Source: an uncultured virus (IMG/VR IMGVR_UViG_3300026549_000073)
Taxonomy: Duplodnaviria > Heunggongvirae > Uroviricota > Caudoviricetes > Schitoviridae
Length of the DNA stretch: 20,000 nt
Strand: one strand, 5' to 3'
IMG/VR virus record: IMGVR_UViG_3300026549_000073
Position 1 is the first letter of the stretch. Every line of letters starts with the position of its first letter. Below the pieces are notes generated by a model. It was not told where the DNA came from. It was given only the letters and a program-made list of their open reading frames with translations, and searched no databases. The position numbers were made by a program, and so were the translations under genes. Shown here piece after piece: positions 16,674-20,000 of this stretch.

Positions 16674-18886
16674 GCCATTGGGTCCATGAGTTTTTCATTA
16701 GTTTCAAAAGGTTTGACCGGTCTTGTAGCTTGGTCACCATATTGTAACCTATTATTAAACTCTTTTCTTGTATTATCATTATCTATCATAATGTTATAGC
16801 CAATACCTGCATCAATATTGCCCTGTATTTCATCAGGCTTACGATTCTTAACCAATGCCTTAGTAATCTCAAGGTTCTGATTAGCTCTAGCCTGTGCAGC
16901 CTGTTTAGCAAGCTCAAAGGACTGTCGAGCACCCGAAGCAATCTGATTAGTTTCAACATTAACCCTATTAGTATCAGCAATAAGTTTATTAGCTCTCTGA
17001 TTAATAAAGTTAATCTTAGCTTTTTCTTCCTCTACTTCAAGCTGTTTCTTAGCTTCTTCTATAGGGTCAGATTGAGGCTGATAATTACGTAATTCTTCAG
17101 CTAAAGTAGGCATACGTTTTAAGTCTGCTATTTCAGCTAGAATCTTCATAGTAATCCTTGGGTCCATATTAGGACCTAGAGTCTGTAGCATAAAGCCTAA
17201 ATCTTGTGCTTTAGCTTGGTCTACTTCAGCAGTATTAATATCTACTTTAAGGTCAAAGTTACCTTTAATATCTTCACGTTTAATAGTAATAAACTGCTTA
17301 TTAGTAACTCTAATTACTTCTTCTTCAGATAAGAATACAGCGTTCATAGCTATAATCTTATTACCTATTTCAGATACACCATAAGCTAATCTTCTAAGTA
17401 TAGCTGTTTCACGCTTAGTAGCAGCATCTATGGCTCCTTGAATACCAGCAGCTACTTGACCATAGGCATCACCTGACATACCACCTGAGAATGATTTAAC
17501 ACCTGTTAAAGCTTCTGCATCAGCATTAAGCATCTGTACATAAGCTAATACTGACTGAGGTAATTCATTGAATGTATGCTCAATATACCCTGTCTGTGGA
17601 GATAGATTAGGATTAAATTCATAATCCTCACCATTCTCAAATCTACGCTTATTTAAAGGGTCTAACATACCTTTAGCAAAGCCTTGTTGAGCATTAGCAG
17701 ACCTACCTAAAATATCAACTAAACCACGGGTAATAGCACCCATAATCTGTTGATTTTCTTCTAGTAACTCACAGTCTGGCTCGCCATATACAGAATTTCT
17801 AACAGGTAGATACTGTACTATTACAAAGGGTAGTTTACCATCTGGGAATGGGTTTTCTTCCATTCTTATCATTACTGAACCAATCCAAGTAGCTACAATA
17901 GGTGTTAATGAACCAGTACCATTAATATCATAGAAGCCCCAGTATTCATAAGCTACTACCTTCTTTCTAATAAGGTCTTCATTAAAGTTTTCATCTGCAT
18001 TGGTATAATGGTCACCATCTGAATTAGGATTATTACCTGCCCAATTAACTTTATCTAAGTTTTTATAAATACCTGCTTTCTTACATTCTGCTTGATTAGT
18101 TTCAAAGCTTTTAATAATAAATAAAGCTTTATCTAAATCACCATTACAAGTAGGGTCTATATAAACATTTAAAGTATTAAGTATTTCTACAGTAGGTCTG
18201 TTTTCTATGACTTTATCTACTAATACTTCCTGTTCTCCAACTTGATGAGCTAATACTGGTTCTCCACCATTCTGTTGTGAATAGTCAATAGAAGCTTTAA
18301 TAGCCTCATCAATGTTCTCATTGTATTCTCTAGGATTTTTTTGTTTTAACTCTAAAGCCTGATTAAGAATAGCTAATGCTTCTTCATCTTCAGCAGGATA
18401 GTAACTATATACAGGTACTACCTGCTTTTCTTTAGTAGTAAGACGTTCCCATCCTACTTGTACAATACAAGAACCTTCATCTACTACTGTTCTTACATAA
18501 TCATCAATAAACTTAACTTTATTAAGTTTTATATCAAATTGATAATTAAGTAATATCTCATTCTGCTTAGCAGCATCTAAATCTTCAAAGGTTCTAGGAT
18601 TAACCTGAAATATTTTCTCAGAATTAAGGAATGGTTCAGATAATGCAGGGTATCTCCATTCAGCCTGTCTTCTTACTAACTTAGGCTGAATACTAGACCT
18701 ACCTTTAATTTTTACCGGTTTACTCTTACCTGTAACATTTCTAATATCATTCCAACGAATAACCTTATTAGCTTGTACTATATGAGTCTGCTTAGATGCT
18801 TCAAAGTCTCTCTTTAATACTTCTATAGTTGGCTCATTCTTCCATGAAGTAAGCTTTTTAGGTTGTAATTGAGTATTATCTTGCAT
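16670..18886 (-). CDS. Portal protein (N4 gp59 family)
   Basis: 738 aa; KLT.WKNEPT...LK.D, GRSS.QPKLVRRQAEWRY.ALSEPFL, ENPFPD.KLPF and LGRSANAQQG.AKG.LD motifs; helical C-terminal barrel region. Confidence 0.96.
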   Translation of the reverse strand: MQDNTQLQPKKLTSWKNEPTIEVLKRDFEASKQTHIVQANKVIRWNDIRNVTGKSKPVKIKGRSSIQPKLVRRQAEWRYPALSEPFLNSEKIFQVNPRTFEDLDAAKQNEILLNYQFDIKLNKVKFIDDYVRTVVDEGSCIVQVGWERLTTKEKQVVPVYSYYPAEDEEALAILNQALELKQKNPREYNENIDEAIKASIDYSQQNGGEPVLAHQVGEQEVLVDKVIENRPTVEILNTLNVYIDPTCNGDLDKALFIIKSFETNQAECKKAGIYKNLDKVNWAGNNPNSDGDHYTNADENFNEDLIRKKVVAYEYWGFYDINGTGSLTPIVATWIGSVMIRMEENPFPDGKLPFVIVQYLPVRNSVYGEPDCELLEENQQIMGAITRGLVDILGRSANAQQGFAKGMLDPLNKRRFENGEDYEFNPNLSPQTGYIEHTFNELPQSVLAYVQMLNADAEALTGVKSFSGGMSGDAYGQVAAGIQGAIDAATKRETAILRRLAYGVSEIGNKIIAMNAVFLSEEEVIRVTNKQFITIKREDIKGNFDLKVDINTAEVDQAKAQDLGFMLQTLGPNMDPRITMKILAEIADLKRMPTLAEELRNYQPQSDPIEEAKKQLEVEEEKAKINFINQRANKLIADTNRVNVETNQIASGARQSFELAKQAAQARANQNLEITKALVKNRKPDEIQGNIDAGIGYNIMIDNDNTRKEFNNRLQYGDQATRPVKPFETNEKLMDPMA

Positions 18887-18888
18887 AT

Positions 18889-19377
18889 TTATTCCATTAA
18901 AGTATGTTCAGCTTTATAGGTATTACCTATTTGTTGTATTTGAGCATCTCTGAGTTTAATAAGCTCTCTGAGCTGTTTAACCACATCTCTGCCTTCTGTA
19001 AGACTTCTGTCGAGTCTACCTGCATATTCTGCAAGGTTAGTGCATCCATCTGTACTGAGGGCTTCACGTTTATATATCGAAGCTCTTTGTTCTGACTGCT
19101 GCAACTGCATAGAATAAGAAGACTTAATAGCATTAAGTTTCTTAGTATATTCATCTTTAGCTTTTGCATATGTATCCTTAATATTATTAAGCTCAGTAAT
19201 ATATACAGATTCTTTATTAAGATAATTTTGTTGAAGTCTATTAATATACTGAGCTTGTTCTAATTTATCTTGGTTCCATAATGTTTGTACATGCTTAGAA
19301 CCTTGGTAATAACCATACCAAGTACATACAATACATAACATTATGGAACCAATAGTAGTATATTTAGATGAGAGCAT
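18889..19377 (-). CDS. Rz-like inner-membrane spanin (i-spanin)
   Basis: N-terminal TM (IGSIMLCIVCTWYGYYQG), then V...W..DK and a coiled coil; directly downstream of the endolysin. Start is uncertain: ATG 19377 follows GGGAAG; alternatives are 19383, 19416 or the track's 19440. Confidence 0.85.
   Translation of the reverse strand: MLSSKYTTIGSIMLCIVCTWYGYYQGSKHVQTLWNQDKLEQAQYINRLQQNYLNKESVYITELNNIKDTYAKAKDEYTKKLNAIKSSYSMQLQQSEQRASIYKREALSTDGCTNLAEYAGRLDRSLTEGRDVVKQLRELIKLRDAQIQQIGNTYKAEHTLME
18927..19169 (-). CDS. Rz1-like outer-membrane lipoprotein spanin (o-spanin), fully embedded in the i-spanin gene in another frame
   Basis: Signal peptide MQKLKMNILRNLMLLSLLILCS|C with lipobox L-C-S-C, then SSQ; AAGGA RBS ahead of ATG 19169; classic embedded Rz/Rz1 arrangement. 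Confidence 0.85.
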   Translation of the reverse strand: MQKLKMNILRNLMLLSLLILCSCSSQNKELRYINVKPSVQMDALTLQNMQVDSTEVLQKAEMWLNSSESLLNSEMLKYNK

Positions 19378-19765
19378 AGGCATCTTCCCATACTTGCTCA
19401 GAAATAATCTTAGCATCTGTACCATTCTCTTGATAAGCAATAGCTTTAGCTATTTTAATATATAAAGCTTTGTTAAAGGATAATGGTTCTGTTGTGCCCT
19501 TATTAACTTTATTTGCTACATAAAGAATATAGGCACTTGTATTATTCTCATGGCTAGGTGCCCATCTAGATATAATCTTTGTAATGGTATTACAATTATA
19601 TTTAGTTACATAAGTTCTTAATAACTTAAGTAAAGCTCTACAACCATATGTATTAGATTTAAACACACAAAATGATGGGTCAGTTTGCTTATCAGCTAAA
19701 CCTTCCCATTTAGTGCCTAATCTAATATTACCCGGATTATGATTTCTAATCCCTCTTGCTGTCAT
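19364..19765 (-). CDS. Endolysin, lysozyme-like 'RGIRNNNPGNI' family (PM2 P5-like peptidoglycan hydrolase)
   Basis: RGIRNHNPGNIR...W.G...D..FC.F....G.RAL..LL.TY...TI..II.RWAP..EN.T.AY...ENG; lies between holin and spanins. Start moved to ATG 19765, which has GAGGA 8 nt upstream. Confidence 0.85.
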   Translation of the reverse strand: MTARGIRNHNPGNIRLGTKWEGLADKQTDPSFCVFKSNTYGCRALLKLLRTYVTKYNCNTITKIISRWAPSHENNTSAYILYVANKVNKGTTEPLSFNKALYIKIAKAIAYQENGTDAKIISEQVWEDAYALI

Positions 19766-20000
19766 CTTTTGGTTCCTCATCAAATAAAGTGAAATTTATA
19801 TAATGGTTTATAAATCGTTTAAATACAAATAATGCTCTAGAGCCAGCATTACCAAGTATTGTAGCTACTACTAAGGTAGTATTATAAGATACCTCAGCAT
19901 CTTGAAATAACCTAGCGGTTAAATAACCTATAAATACTGCTACTAATAAATCTAATACAAGATAAACAAAGCTTATCTTATGCGAATATTTATATAAGTT
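19746..20000 (-). CDS. Holin (LydA-like/holin superfamily III), 5'-truncated
   Basis: Hand translation ...ISFVYLVLDLLVAVFIGYLTARLFQDAEVSYNTTLVVATILGNAGSRALFVFKRF...DEEPKDDSKRD*: two visible TM helices, G..GSRAL motif, charged tail; overlaps the endolysin start by 20 nt. Not in the ORF track. Confidence 0.78.
   Translation of the reverse strand, partial: NLYKYSHKISFVYLVLDLLVAVFIGYLTARLFQDAEVSYNTTLVVATILGNAGSRALFVFKRFINHYINFTLFDEEPKDDSKRD

Noticed and set aside
16786..16980. 64-aa alternate-frame ORF in the 3' end of the portal gene
   Set aside because: No lipobox or clear RBS, unlike the true embedded o-spanin; likely an off-frame artefact.
18904..19095. 63-aa plus-strand ORF
   Set aside because: Antisense to the doubly coding Rz/Rz1 region.

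Overview
AT-rich (roughly one-third GC by eye) late/structural region of an N4-like phage (Schitoviridae), coded entirely on the minus strand and collinear with coliphage N4 gp63-gp50. The order is holin (cut by the window edge), endolysin, i-spanin with embedded o-spanin, portal, gp58-like, gp57-like scaffold, major capsid, gp55-like, gp54-like tail tube, gp53-like, two ejection proteins (gp52/gp51-like), then a giant virion RNA polymerase (vRNAP). The vRNAP ORF is missing from the supplied track because it starts at 6649 and has no stop before the window edge (2216 codons visible). I translated it by hand. Its pre-polymerase part is about 670 aa longer than N4's. It carries a long coiled-coil insert and a linker-bounded cargo region that looks like a degenerate NADAR-like domain followed by a SLOG/DprA-like domain, so it may be a polyvalent injected polymerase. 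Other points: heptad-repeat expansion in the tail-tube protein, three intrinsic terminators staged through the operon, a PM2 P5-like endolysin replacing N4's, and apparent absence of GATC. All homology calls rest on motifs recalled from memory; no database searches were run.
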